Shown: positions 29,702-41,580 of the stretch, in pieces
Layout of the letters: every line of letters starts with the position of its first letter
Position numbering within the stretch: position 1 is the first letter of the stretch
Origin: Epithemia pelagica
Lineage: Eukaryota; Protista; Bacillariophyta
Direction: 5' to 3'
DNA: 64,000 nucleotides
Assembly: GCA_946965045.2 (NCBI GenBank)
Contig: OX337228.1
Coordinates: 930,001 to 994,000, forward strand
Notes under the pieces: model-generated
Databases searched by the model: none
What the model was told of the DNA's origin: nothing
Seen by the model: only the letters and a program-made list of their open reading frames with translations
Translations under genes and position numbers: made by a program

Positions 29702-31619
29702 TCAATGTCATCCGTCTCACTCTCACCCTTCGCTGTCGACTATGCACCAGATGGCAGCAGCTGCCGTTTGTTCCCCAGAATGGGACCACCGGGTGAGGGG
29801 AATGGAGAATTTTCTGTAGAACCATAACCGACAAATCTGTGTATCCTCTCAGACACGTTCGGTCCGTATGGCCCATATTTTGATCTTTTTGGAGTCTTGA
29901 CTGTCTTGACAATGCCCCTGTCCAAAGAATGGATTGCCACCTATACCAGACAATCCGAGCTATGGCGAGTCCTTTGTCTATTGGAACCCTTCAAAGCTCA
30001 AGTCGAAGAAGATCCGAATGAAGAATCGAGCAGCAGTGACGAATCCATGTTTTCGGGTGTAATGGCCGAGTCCGAGTTGCGACTGCGGTATGGAAAGTTT
30101 CGGCTTTTGTATTCGTCCTTTATCCGTTGCATGCGATATTTGGCTCGAATCAAGGACGATGCTTTGAGTGGACGACAACCGTCCATGATTGACTATGGAA
30201 CCAGTGGAGCCGAAACCTCGTCACACAGTCATCGCAACATTTCGTGCAATCAAAATCTTCAAGACTTTTTGGTAGGGCACGAGGTGTAGTGGCACAAAAC
30301 AACAACAACCAAAATAATAGCCCCTCGTGTCAACAGGAGCAACATCTGCAACATCATCCGGACAGTACAGTGGCCATGGAATCCTTTACCGCAACGATCA
30401 AGTTCTCCAACAAAGTACCGCCGGAACCTTGCGCAGATTACAGTTCACCTTGAGCAGCAGTGAGAACTTGCGGTCTCGATTCTATGCTGCCGTTGCTTCC
30501 CAACAACAATTATCGCTTGAACAAGCACACAACGAAGCTGTGTTACTTCATGAAGAACAAGAACGGCAGCTGCAAAGACAGAATCAAGAAGCTATCCGTG
30601 TAAGGCAGGCTGGCAATGACTGACGAAAGCGAAGAACGATGAATCTGTCTGCCGCAGCTCGATGGGATCACTCCATGAACCTGAAGGTACGACGGTTGTT
30701 ATACAGAGCACAAAACACTACGAGTTTATATGAAGCAAGGGGATTGTGTTCGTCGATTTAAACGAAGAACTTTCTCGACAAATTACCCTTTGAGCAAGTC
30801 GGTCAAAACAATCATTCCGATACCTCCATTGGAGCAGAGTTACCAGCAACATTTATGAATCACACACATTGATTATGATCGGCAAAAAATGTATTTTAAT
30901 TTGTTGATTCGTATTTATGTTGAGACTGCAGGCGGGAAATCAAGTCATAGCCTCCACGTATGACCTTTCACTGTATAGTACATAGAAATAATTCTATGCA
31001 AAGACATAAAAGAGAATACTTCTGGGACGCACAGAAACATATTCGATAGCACTTATTCGTTGACATTCCGGTAACTCAAAGTATTGGCCGTTTCGTGAAC
31101 TCCCGTAGTACAACGATTATGCCCCTATGAACTACCTAGAGTATAAGAAAGCATTTCATGGAATGTGCAAAGGCTGAGTGGGAAATAAATCTCAAAACAG
31201 AAACGACGTCTCCAACATGAGAATCCAAGTTACGAACATATCAAAGATATCCGTACCACACATATCAGATTGGTTGACTGCGCCAACGTGGGAACCCCAG
31301 TTGCTCCCATTTGTTTTGTTCGATTTGAATATTCAAAGGACATTACATTGCCACATCAACTACCTATGTGTATTGTGTACACAGACCATTTAAAATATTA
31401 TTATGCATCTTTTCTGATGAAGATAATACGACTAAAGCAACTGATATTCTTGGTGAATAGGGCGTCTTTTTTCACGCTATCACAGCTACCGTAGCATTCA
31501 TGAACTTCTTTTTCTTCTTTTTGCTCTTTGCACTCTTTGCACTCTTTGCACTCTTTGCACTCTTTTCACTCTTTTTACTCTTTTCACTCTTTTCACTCTT
31601 TGTACTCTTTTCACTCTTT

Positions 31620-34600
31620 TCACTCTTTCTTCTTACTCTTCTTACTCTTCTTACTCTTCTTACTCTTCTTACTCTTTTTGCTTGTACTACTCTCCGCAAC
31701 CGGCGGAACACCAGCGGTGGGTTCGTCACTTCTTGACGGAGATTGGGTTGGCTGTGTTGTCGGAACGGCAGTCGGAGCGGCCGTAGGGACACTAGTTGGT
31801 GCACTTGTTGGAACCAAAGTGGGAGAAGACGTTGGGGCTGTAGGACTTCCTGTAGGACTTGACGTTGGGGCTGTTGGATTGGACGTTGGTTGTGCCGTTG
31901 GTGCACTTGTTGGCTGTGAAGTGGGGCCGCTTGTTGGTGCAGCCGTCGGGGCTGTCGTAGGACCGGAGGTTGGTTGACTAGTCGGACCCGCAGTTGGTCC
32001 ACTTGTAGGTCCACTTGTTGGTGCAGATGTTGGAGCTGACGTTGGTCCGGCGGTAGGACCAGATGTTGGACCAGATGTGGGTCCATCTGTTGGAGTACTC
32101 GTTGGTGATGAAGTTGGCTCGCTGGTCGGCGACGATGTTGGTCCACTTGTCGGACTGTTTGTTGGTCCACTTGTAGGTCCCGAAGTCGGAGCTGACGTTG
32201 GTCCTGCGGTAGGACCAGATGTTGGACCAGATGTGGGTTCATCTGTGGGAGTACTCGTTGGTGATGAAGTTGGTTCGCTGGTCGGCGACGATGTTGGTCC
32301 ACTTGTTGGTCCACTTGTCGGACTGCTTGTCGGACCACTTGTAGGTCCCGATGTCGGAGCTGACGTTGGGTCGGCGGTCGGGGCAAATGTTGGACCAGAT
32401 GTGGGTCCATCTGTGGGAGTATTTGTTGGAGATGAAGTTGGTTCGCTGGTCGGCGACGATGTTGGTCCACTTGTCGGACTGCTTGTCGGACCACTTGTAG
32501 GTCCCGATGTCGGAGCTGACGTTGGTCCTGCGGTAGGACCAGATGTTGGACCAGATGTGGGTTCATCTGTGGGAGTACTCGTTGGTGATGAAGTTGGTTC
32601 GCTGGTCGGCGACGACGTTGGTCCACTTGTTGGTCCACTTGTCGGACTGCTTGTCGGACCACTTGTAGGTCCCGATGTCGGAGCTGACGTTGGGCCGGCG
32701 GTCGGGGCAGATGTTGGACCAGATGTGGGTCCATCTGTGGGAGTATTTGTTGGAGATGAAGTTGGCTCGCTGGTCGGCGACGATGTTGGTCCACTTGTTG
32801 GTCCACTTGTCGGACTGCTTGTTGGTCCACTTGTAGGTCCCGATGTCGGTGCTGACGTTGGGCCGGCGGTCGGGGCAGATGTTGGACCAGATGTGGGTCC
32901 ATCTGTGGGAGTATTTGTTGGAGATGAAGTTGGCTCGCTTGTCGGCGACGATGTTGGTCCACTTGTTGGTCCACTTGTCGGACTGCTTGTTGGTCCACTT
33001 GTAGGTCCCGATGTCGGAGCTGACGTTGGGCCGGCGGTCGGGGCAGATGTTGGACCAGATGTGGGTCCATCTGTGGGAGTATTTGTTGGAGATGAAGTTG
33101 GCTCGCTTGTCGGCGACGATGTTGGTCCACTTGTTGGTCCACTTGTCGGACTGCTTGTTGGTCCACTTGTAGGTCCCGATGTCGGAGCTGACGTTGGGCC
33201 GGCGGTCGGGGCAGATGTTGGACCAGATGTGGGTTCATCTGTTGGAGTACTCGTTGGTGATGAAGTTGGCTCGCTGGTCGGCGACGATGTTGGCAATGAT
33301 GTTGGTGCACTTGTCGGACTGCTTGTTGGTCCACTTGTAGGTGACGAAGTCTTTGGAACTTTTCCACTCTTTTCACTCTTTTCACTCTTTTCACTCTTTT
33401 CACTCTTTTCACTCTTTTCACTCTTTTCACTCTTTTTGCTTGTACTACTCTCCGCAGCCGGCGGAACACCAGGGGTGGGTTCGTCAGTACTACTTGACGG
33501 AGATTGGGTTGACTGTGTTGTCGGAACGGCAGTCGGAGCGGCCGTAGGGTTACTCTTCTTACTCTTCTTACTCTTCTTACTCTTCTTACTCTTTTTGCTT
33601 GTACTACTCTCCGCAGTCGGCGGAACAACAGGGGTGGGTTCGTCAGTACTACTTGACGGAGATTGGGTTGGCTGTGTTGTCGGAACGGCAGTCGGAGCGG
33701 CCGTAGGGACACTAGTTAATCCACTTGTTGGTGCACTCGTTGGTTGACTTGTGGGTGTCGATGTTGGAGCAGACGTTGGGCCATCAGTCGGAGCAGATGT
33801 GGGACCATCAGTCGGTTGGGTTGTCGGAGCGGATGTTGGGCCATCTGTGGGAGCAGATGTGGGACTTGCAGTAGGCTCTGTTGTCGGAGCTGATGTGGGA
33901 GCAGATGTGGGACCAGCGGTTGGTTCTGATGTCGGAGTAGACGTTGGGCCATCAGTCGGAGCAGATGTGGGACCATCAGTCGGTTGGGTTGTCGGAGCGG
34001 ATGTTGGGCCATCTGTGGGAGCAGATGTGGGACTTGCAGTAGGCTCTGTTGTCGGAGCTGATGTGGGAGCAGATGTGGGACCAGCGGTTGGTTCTGATGT
34101 CGGAGCGGATGTTGGGCCGGCTGTCGGAGCTGATGTGGGACCATCAGTTGGTTCTGCTGTTGGAGTACTCGTTGGGGTTTCCGTAGGCTCACTGGTCGGC
34201 AACGATGATGGTGATGACGTCGGTGCACTTGTCGGACTGCTCGTCGGATTTTCAGTCGGCTCAGTTGTAGGACCACTCGTAGGTGAGCTCGTTGGTTGAC
34301 TGGTTGGTGTTGATGTGGGAGCGTTCGTCGGGCCGTCTGTGGGACTTGCAGTGGGATTGTCAGTGGGATTGTCAGTTGGCTGTGATGTGGGAGTACTCGT
34401 GGGTGTTTCAGTGGGCTCACTGGTAGGGGTGGACGTAGGTTGACTGGTCGGAGGTGTGGTGGGACCGGCCGTGGGTTGATTAGTGGGATTGTTCGTGGGC
34501 GCAGATGTCGGGGTCGATGTGGGATCGTCGGTAGGTCCACTTGTTGGTGCAGATGTTGGTCCGGCGGTAGGACCAGATGTTGGACCAGATGTGGGTCCAT

Positions 34601-37600
34601 CTGTGGGAGTACTCGTTGGTGATGAAGTTAGCTCGCTGGTCGGCGACGATGTTGGTCCACTTGTTGGTCCACTTGTCGGACTGCTTGTTGGTCCACTTGT
34701 AGGTCCCGATGTCGGAGCTGACGTTGGGCCGGCTGTCGGTGCTGACGTAGGGGCTGTTGGGCTTCCTGTGGGAGAAGACGTTGGGGCTGTAGGACTTCCT
34801 GTAGGACTTGACGTTGGGGCTGTTGGATTGGACGTTGGTTGTGCCGTTGGTGCACTTGTTGGCTGTGAAGTCGGGCTGCTTGTTGGTCCCGCAGTCGGAG
34901 CTGTCGTCGGACCATTCGTTGGTGCACTTGTGGGCGCTGAGGTAGGACTGTTTGTTGGTGTCGCCGTCGGAGCTGTAGTTGGACCTGCTGTTGGCTGACT
35001 TGTCGGACCCGCAGTTGGTGCACTTGTTGGTGCTCTCGTTGGTTGACTTGTTGGTGTAGATGTTGGAGCAGACGTTGGGCCATCAGTCGGAGCAGATGTG
35101 GGACCATCAGTCGGTTGGGTTGTCGGAGCGGATGTTGGGCCATCTGTGGGAGCAGATGTGGGACTTGCAGTAGGCTCTGTTGTCGGAGCTGATGTGGGAG
35201 CAGATGTGGGATCAGCGGTTGGTTCTGATGTCGGAGCGGATGTTGGGCCGGCTGTCGGAGCTGATGTGGGACCATCAGTTGGTTCTGCTGTTGGAGTACT
35301 CGTTGGGGTTTCCGTAGGCTCACTGGTCGGCAACGATGTTGGTGATGACGTCGGTGCACTTGTCGGACTGCTCGTCGGATTTTCAGTCGGCTCAGTTGTA
35401 GGACCACTCGTAGGTGAGCTCGTTGGTTGACTGGTTGGTGTTGATGTGGGAGCGTTCGTCGGGCCGTCTGTGGGACTTGCAGTGGGATTGTCAGTTGGCT
35501 GTGATGTGGGAGTACTCGTGGGTGTTTCAGTGGGCTCACTGGTAGGGGTGGACGTAGGTTGACTGGTCGGAGGTGTGGTGGGACCGGCCGTGGGTTGATT
35601 AGTGGGATTGTTCGTGGGCGCAGATGTCGGGGTCGATGTGGGATCGTCGGTAGGTCCACTTGTTGGTGCAGATGTTGGTCCGGCGGTAGGACCAGATGTT
35701 GGACCAGATGTGGGTCCATCTGTGGGAGAACTCGTTGGTGATGAAGTTGGCTCGCTGGTCGGCGACGATGTTGGTCCACTTGTTGGTCCACTTGTCGGAC
35801 TGCTTGTTGGTCCACTTGTAGGTCCCGATGTCGGAGCTGACGTTGGGCCGGCTGTCGGTGCTGACGTAGGGGCTGTTGGGCTTCCTGTGGGAGAAGACGT
35901 TGGGGCTGTAGGACTTCCTGTAGGACTTGACGTTGGGGCTGTTGGATTGGACGTTGGTTGTGCCGTTGGTGCACTTGTTGGCTGTGAAGTCGGGCTGCTT
36001 GTTGGTCCCGCAGTCGGAGCTGTCGTCGGACCATTCGTTGGTGCACTTGTGGGCGCTGAGGTAGGACTGTTTGTTGGTGTCGCCGTCGGAGCTGTAGTTG
36101 GACCTGCTGTTGGCTGACTTGTCGGACCCGCAGTTGGTGCACTTGTTGGTGCTCTCGTTGGTTGACTTGTTGGTGTAGATGTTGGAGCAGACGTTGGGCC
36201 ATCAGTCGGAGCAGATGTGGGACCATCAGTCGGTTGGGTTGTCGGAGCGGATGTTGGGCCATCTGTGGGAGCAGATGTGGGACTTGCAGTAGGCTCTGTT
36301 GTCGGAGCTGATGTGGGAGCAGATGTGGGATCAGCGGTTGGTTCTGATGTCGGAGCGGATGTTGGGCCGGCTGTCGGAGCTGATGTGGGACCATCAGTTG
36401 GTTCTGCTGTTGGAGTACTCGTTGGGGTTTCCGTAGGCTCACTGGTCGGCAACGATGTTGGTGATGACGTCGGTGCACTTGTCGGACTGCTCGTCGGATT
36501 TTCAGTCGGCTCAGTTGTAGGACCACTCGTAGGTGAGCTCGTTGGTTGACTGGTTGGTGTTGATGTGGGAGCGTTCGTCGGGCCGTCTGTGGGACTTGCA
36601 GTGGGATTGTCAGTTGGCTGTGATGTGGGAGTACTCGTGGGTGTTTCAGTGGGCTCACTGGTAGGGGTGGACGTAGGTTGACTGGTCGGAGGTGTGGTGG
36701 GACCGGCCGTGGGTTGATTAGTGGGATTGTTCGTGGGCGCAGATGTCGGGGTCGATGTGGGATCGTCGGTAGGTCCACTTGTTGGTGCAGATGTTGGTCC
36801 GGCGGTAGGACCAGATGTTGGACCAGATGTGGGTCCATCTGTGGGAGTACTCGTTGGTGATGAAGTTGGCTCGCTGGTCGGCGACGATGTTGGTCCACTT
36901 GTTGGTCCACTTGTCGGACTGCTTGTTGGTCCACTTGTAGGTCCCGATGTCGGAGCTGACGTTGGGCCGGCTGTCGGTGCTGACGTAGGGGCTGTTGGGC
37001 TTCCTGTGGGAGAAGACGTTGGGGCTGTAGGACTTCCTGTAGGACTTGACGTTGGGGCTGTTGGATTGGACGTTGGTTGTGCCGTTGGTGCACTTGTTGG
37101 CTGTGAAGTCGGGCTGCTTGTTGGTCCCGCAGTCGGAGCTGTCGTCGGACCATTCGTTGGTGCACTTGTGGGCGCTGAGGTAGGACTGTTTGTTGGTGTC
37201 GCCGTCGGAGCTGTAGTTGGACCTGCTGTTGGCTGACTTGTCGGACCCGCAGTTGGTCCACTTGTTGGTGCACTCGTTGGTTGACTTGTTGGTGTAGATG
37301 TTGGAGCAGACGTTGGGCCATCAGTCGGAGCAGATGTGGGACCATCAGTCGGTTGGGTTGTCGGAGCGGATGTTGGGCCATCTGTGGGAGCAGATGTGGG
37401 ACTTGCAGTAGGCTCTGTTGTCGGAGCTGATGTGGGAGCAGATGTGGGATCAGCGGTTGGTTCTGATGTCGGAGCGGATGTTGGGCCGGCTGTCGGAGCT
37501 GATGTGGGACCATCAGTTGGTTCTGCTGTTGGAGTACTCGTTGGGGTTTCCGTAGGCTCACTGGTCGGCAACGATGTTGGTGATGACGTCGGTGCACTTG

Positions 37601-39593
37601 TCGGACTGCTCGTCGGATTTTCAGTCGGCTCAGTTGTAGGACCACTCGTAGGTGAGCTCGTTGGTTGACTGGTTGGTGTTGATGTGGGAGCGTTCGTCGG
37701 GCCGTCTGTGGGACTTGCAGTGGGATTGTCAGTTGGCTGTGATGTGGGAGTACTCGTGGGTGTTTCAGTGGGCTCACTGGTAGGGGTGGACGTAGGTTGA
37801 CTGGTCGGAGGTGTGGTGGGACCGGCCGTGGGTTGATTAGTGGGATTGTTCGTGGGCGCAGATGTCGGGGTCGATGTGGGATCGTCGGTAGGTCCACTTG
37901 TTGGTGCAGATGTTGGTCCGGCGGTAGGACCAGATGTTGGACCAGATGTGGGTCCATCTGTGGGAGTACTCGTTGGTGATGAAGTTGGCTCGCTGGTCGG
38001 CGACGATGTTGGTCCACTTGTTGGTCCACTTGTCGGACTGCTTGTTGGTCCACTTGTAGGTCCCGATGTCGGAGCTGACGTTGGGCCGGCTGTCGGTGCT
38101 GACGTAGGGGCTGTTGGGCTTCCTGTGGGAGAAGACGTTGGGGCTGTAGGACTTCCTGTAGGACTTGACGTTGGGGCTGTTGGATTGGACGTTGGTTGTG
38201 CCGTTGGTGCACTTGTTGGCTGTGAAGTCGGGCTGCTTGTTGGTCCCGCAGTCGGAGCTGTCGTCGGACCATTCGTTGGTGCACTTGTGGGCGCTGAGGT
38301 AGGACTGTTTGTTGGTGTCGCCGTCGGAGCTGTAGTTGGACCTGCTGTTGGCTGACTTGTCGGACCCGCAGTTGGTCCACTTGTTGGTGCACTCGTTGGT
38401 TGACTTGTTGGTGTAGATGTTGGAGCAGACGTTGGGCCATCAGTCGGAGCAGATGTGGGACCATCAGTCGGTTGGGTTGTCGGAGCGGATGTTGGGCCAT
38501 CTGTGGGAGCAGATGTGGGACTTGCAGTAGGCTCTGTTGTCGGAGCTGATGTGGGAGCAGATGTGGGATCAGCGGTTGGTTCTGATGTCGGAGCGGATGT
38601 TGGGCCGGCTGTCGGAGCTGATGTGGGACCATCAGTTGGTTCTGCTGTTGGAGTACTCGTTGGGGTTTCCGTAGGCTCACTGGTCGGCAACGATGTTGGT
38701 GATGACGTCGGTGCACTTGTCGGACTGCTCGTCGGATTTTCAGTCGGCTCAGTTGTAGGACCACTCGTAGGTGAGCTCGTTGGTTGACTGGTTGGTGTTG
38801 ATGTGGGAGCGTTCGTCGGGCCGTCTGTGGGACTTGCAGTGGGATTGTCAGTTGGCTGTGATGTGGGAGTACTCGTGGGTGTTTCAGTGGGCTCACTGGT
38901 AGGGGTGGACGTAGGTTGACTGGTCGGAGGTGTGGTGGGACCGGCCGTGGGTTGATTAGTGGGATTGTTCGTGGGCGCAGATGTCGGGGTCGATGTGGGA
39001 TTGTCGGTTGGTGCGTCCGTGGGCTGACTTGTGGGACTGCTGGCCGGATCATTGAGTCGTCGGCGGGAAACACCCGATCGCAAATGCCCCCCGACATCGG
39101 TCGAGTCGGTGTTTTCTCGGTCGTCATCGTACGGAACGCGTTTGGAAAGATTCGAATTCGTGATTGGTGGTTTCAACGGGTTCGTATCATCCTGGTGCGA
39201 TGAATGGGATGTTTGGTCTTTTTCGGACCACAAGGATGACCAAAAACCTTGAAGACTGGAAGCTGACTTTGTCACAGACGTGGGATGTTCAGTTGTGTTA
39301 TGAGAACTATTGTCCTCAGCAGTCTTGGTTGTCACATTCATGTTGCATGGGTCGGCTTCGTTGCAGCTCGTCGTCGTTTTACTTTCCTTCAACAACATAG
39401 CGTCGGAAGGTACGGGAGGAGTGGGCGTTGGAGAAGCCGGGGACGACAAGGAGACGACAGGTTCTTTTCGTCTGTCTGGGTTGGTGGACTTGGCAAAACT
39501 GGTTCCACACAGAAGCTGTACAACAAGGAGTGCGTGGAGAAAGCGGGTCCCCCGTTTCCCCATAGTGGCAATTCTACAGGAGGAGGACACCAT
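31620..39593 (-). CDS. Secreted xPTx mucin-like protein with Lys-Ser blocks, paralog 2, 2657 aa
   Basis: N-terminus almost identical to paralog 1. The repeat region is built from 373-aa (1119-nt) units plus 56-aa (168-nt) subunits. It ends (SKK)nKE*. Confidence 0.9.
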   Translation of the reverse strand: MVSSSCRIATMGKRGTRFLHALLVVQLLCGTSFAKSTNPDRRKEPVVSLSSPASPTPTPPVPSDAMLLKESKTTTSCNEADPCNMNVTTKTAEDNSSHNTTEHPTSVTKSASSLQGFWSSLWSEKDQTSHSSHQDDTNPLKPPITNSNLSKRVPYDDDRENTDSTDVGGHLRSGVSRRRLNDPASSPTSQPTDAPTDNPTSTPTSAPTNNPTNQPTAGPTTPPTSQPTSTPTSEPTETPTSTPTSQPTDNPTASPTDGPTNAPTSTPTSQPTSSPTSGPTTEPTENPTSSPTSAPTSSPTSLPTSEPTETPTSTPTAEPTDGPTSAPTAGPTSAPTSEPTADPTSAPTSAPTTEPTASPTSAPTDGPTSAPTTQPTDGPTSAPTDGPTSAPTSTPTSQPTSAPTSGPTAGPTSQPTAGPTTAPTATPTNSPTSAPTSAPTNGPTTAPTAGPTSSPTSQPTSAPTAQPTSNPTAPTSSPTGSPTAPTSSPTGSPTAPTSAPTAGPTSAPTSGPTSGPTSSPTSGPTSGPTSSPTSEPTSSPTSTPTDGPTSGPTSGPTAGPTSAPTSGPTDDPTSTPTSAPTNNPTNQPTAGPTTPPTSQPTSTPTSEPTETPTSTPTSQPTDNPTASPTDGPTNAPTSTPTSQPTSSPTSGPTTEPTENPTSSPTSAPTSSPTSLPTSEPTETPTSTPTAEPTDGPTSAPTAGPTSAPTSEPTADPTSAPTSAPTTEPTASPTSAPTDGPTSAPTTQPTDGPTSAPTDGPTSAPTSTPTSQPTSAPTSGPTAGPTSQPTAGPTTAPTATPTNSPTSAPTSAPTNGPTTAPTAGPTSSPTSQPTSAPTAQPTSNPTAPTSSPTGSPTAPTSSPTGSPTAPTSAPTAGPTSAPTSGPTSGPTSSPTSGPTSGPTSSPTSEPTSSPTSTPTDGPTSGPTSGPTAGPTSAPTSGPTDDPTSTPTSAPTNNPTNQPTAGPTTPPTSQPTSTPTSEPTETPTSTPTSQPTDNPTASPTDGPTNAPTSTPTSQPTSSPTSGPTTEPTENPTSSPTSAPTSSPTSLPTSEPTETPTSTPTAEPTDGPTSAPTAGPTSAPTSEPTADPTSAPTSAPTTEPTASPTSAPTDGPTSAPTTQPTDGPTSAPTDGPTSAPTSTPTSQPTRAPTSAPTAGPTSQPTAGPTTAPTATPTNSPTSAPTSAPTNGPTTAPTAGPTSSPTSQPTSAPTAQPTSNPTAPTSSPTGSPTAPTSSPTGSPTAPTSAPTAGPTSAPTSGPTSGPTSSPTSGPTSGPTSSPTSEPTSSPTSSPTDGPTSGPTSGPTAGPTSAPTSGPTDDPTSTPTSAPTNNPTNQPTAGPTTPPTSQPTSTPTSEPTETPTSTPTSQPTDNPTASPTDGPTNAPTSTPTSQPTSSPTSGPTTEPTENPTSSPTSAPTSSPTSLPTSEPTETPTSTPTAEPTDGPTSAPTAGPTSAPTSEPTADPTSAPTSAPTTEPTASPTSAPTDGPTSAPTTQPTDGPTSAPTDGPTSAPTSTPTSQPTRAPTSAPTAGPTSQPTAGPTTAPTATPTNSPTSAPTSAPTNGPTTAPTAGPTSSPTSQPTSAPTAQPTSNPTAPTSSPTGSPTAPTSSPTGSPTAPTSAPTAGPTSAPTSGPTSGPTSSPTSGPTSGPTSSPTSELTSSPTSTPTDGPTSGPTSGPTAGPTSAPTSGPTDDPTSTPTSAPTNNPTNQPTAGPTTPPTSQPTSTPTSEPTETPTSTPTSQPTDNPTDNPTASPTDGPTNAPTSTPTSQPTSSPTSGPTTEPTENPTSSPTSAPTSSPSSLPTSEPTETPTSTPTAEPTDGPTSAPTAGPTSAPTSEPTAGPTSAPTSAPTTEPTASPTSAPTDGPTSAPTTQPTDGPTSAPTDGPTSTPTSEPTAGPTSAPTSAPTTEPTASPTSAPTDGPTSAPTTQPTDGPTSAPTDGPTSAPTSTPTSQPTSAPTSGLTSVPTAAPTAVPTTQPTQSPSSSTDEPTPVVPPTAESSTSKKSKKSKKSKKSKKSNPTAAPTAVPTTQSTQSPSSSTDEPTPGVPPAAESSTSKKSEKSEKSEKSEKSEKSEKSEKSGKVPKTSSPTSGPTSSPTSAPTSLPTSSPTSEPTSSPTSTPTDEPTSGPTSAPTAGPTSAPTSGPTSGPTSSPTSGPTSGPTSSPTSEPTSSPTNTPTDGPTSGPTSAPTAGPTSAPTSGPTSGPTSSPTSGPTSGPTSSPTSEPTSSPTNTPTDGPTSGPTSAPTAGPTSAPTSGPTSGPTSSPTSGPTSGPTSSPTSEPTSSPTNTPTDGPTSGPTSAPTAGPTSAPTSGPTSGPTSSPTSGPTSGPTSSPTSEPTSSPTSTPTDEPTSGPTSGPTAGPTSAPTSGPTSGPTSSPTSGPTSSPTSEPTSSPTNTPTDGPTSGPTFAPTADPTSAPTSGPTSGPTSSPTSGPTSGPTSSPTSEPTSSPTSTPTDEPTSGPTSGPTAGPTSAPTSGPTSGPTNSPTSGPTSSPTSEPTSSPTSTPTDGPTSGPTSGPTAGPTSAPTSAPTSGPTSGPTAGPTSQPTSGPTTAPTAAPTSGPTSQPTSAPTAQPTSNPTAPTSSPTGSPTAPTSSPTLVPTSAPTSVPTAAPTAVPTTQPTQSPSRSDEPTAGVPPVAESSTSKKSKKSKKSKKSKKSKKKE

Positions 39594-40282
39594 GGTGATG
39601 GGGAGCGTTCGCTTTGCTCCAAAGTGGTACTGTCTCTAGTAGGTCGACAAGAGGGCTCACGGTCAATGTCGCTGGTGGTGGAGCCTTAAAGCTTTGATGA
39701 AACCAAACGGATCAAATGAAAAATATGAGTTTCCAACTCGTAAAGTGACGAAAACACTTGCACAACAACGATATCGTCGTCGATCACTTCTTCTCGAATG
39801 ATGACCTTTTTGGTTTGTCCCCCAAATGGTGTATATTGAGAATGTTTGTGCAACAGTCATTTCCAAAAGTGGCAGGGCCACAGGATGACCCGCAAAGGAG
39901 AACCCGATCATGCGCTCGAAAGACGTTGATGTTAGCGGCGGAAGGATCCTATAGTACTCCCAACCCGATATCTCTACTATTCAAATGTCCAGTTTCCAGT
40001 GAAATTTAGCGTGTGGGCGATACAAAGATTTATGTTTTATGCTTTGATGCACCCAGGACCCAGGTACTCGTAGGGTACGAATACTCGAAAGGGGGTCATC
40101 GGATATCGGATACAGGAAATGGGAAACGATTACGAGTACGAGTATACTCGTATTCTACAAAATCTTACATCAAATATCGCTCTACGATGAAAGAGAGAAA
40201 GACAGAAAGAAAGAGACAAAGAGAGAAAGGCCCTTTGGCCTTTGGGGACTCAAAGAATACGAGTACGAGTACGACCTACGAG

Positions 40283-40637
40283 TAGTGTTGGGGTAACGGT
40301 CTCATTCTGATGGGCACGAGGGACGCTCCCATCTAGGACTGATGGTAACGTTTCCATTACCCAGGCATGCCTTTCAAGGATGGTCGTAATGGGAGCGTTC
40401 CCATAACCCAGTGCACGTTATGTTACCCCTGGATTACCTCTAGATTACCCCATTCCAAAGTCATGCCCTTACTCAATCTAAGGAAAAACGAAGATCTCAT
40501 GCCCAAAAAGTATGCACGACGGGTTTAGGCGCTCCTGGGAATGCCCATGGTCATTTTGACATCAATGGGCACAGGGGTTTCGTGCCCACCTTGCCCATGA
40601 CCCCGGGCATTCCGCGTGCCACATTCCCCCAACACTA
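40283..40637. mobile_element. 355-bp hAT-type MITE, unit-2 copy
   Basis: Same TIR and TSD as 23145-23499. Confidence 0.75.
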
Positions 40638-40955
40638 GCTACGAGCTCATATTCGTGCTACCTAGTCCAATTCTCCTCGCACTTTTCCAATATTGCCTCC
40701 ATATGGTGGCAATTATTAAATGTTCGAATTCGAGATATTCTCTCGATCGTGGTGTCTTGGCCGGCTTAAGTAAACACTAATCTGAATTTTGTTATTGTAT
40801 TGGGTGCGTCATCGTCCCAATCGTCCTCTGTCGTCGTCAGTCGTACGCGTTACGCGTACGAGGTACGGACGCAGGTCTTACTCCTTGTACGTACGAGGTA
40901 TAAGTAGTACAACTCGTAAGTACGAGTACGTGTACGAGTACGGACCACTGAACTC

Positions 40956-41580
40956 TAGAGGTGGCTCCAGCGGTGTGCGGACGCGCAGCTCCAGCGCTGG
41001 AGCTTCAGCGCTAGAGAAACTCCAGCAGAGATTTTCTGTTGCAGGAAAAGTCCGCTACATTGGTCGCCTTTCTCTGTGACTGTTGCCTGTGTTGCATCTC
41101 ATTCATTTGCTCCGCACTGGTCATTGCTGACCCTGTGTCATTCATTTGCTCCACACTGCCTTCCACAATGTCTGATTACAATGATAATGATGACTCATCA
41201 AAGGTGGAAGAGCTTGATATGGATGGCACTCCGAAGGCCACGCAGAAAAAGAAGGTTCTCTCGGATGGATACAACAGGCCATTGCCTGCGACTGCTGCCT
41301 CTTCTGAACGGGTATTCAGTATTGCAGGACTGATCATATCTGCGAAACAAGCATCACTGGACCCTTCCACCGTTACAGATTTCCTTTTTTACGTGAGAAT
41401 TGGGAACATGTGTTCTCACCATAAGATAGATTCACTAGCTTCTAGCTAAGTATTTTCATCATGGTAGCACAGGTAGTCTTTTCTCCAGCTTGAGCGCTTA
41501 CCTAGCTCCAGCAGAGACGTCTCCAGCGCTTACCTAGATCCAGCAGAGATGAGCTGTTGCTGTTGCTGGAGCCACCTCTA
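40956..41580 (+). mobile_element. 625-bp hAT derivative, unit-2 copy
   Basis: Same TIRs; TSD CTGAACTC at 40948-40955 and 41581-41588. Confidence 0.92.
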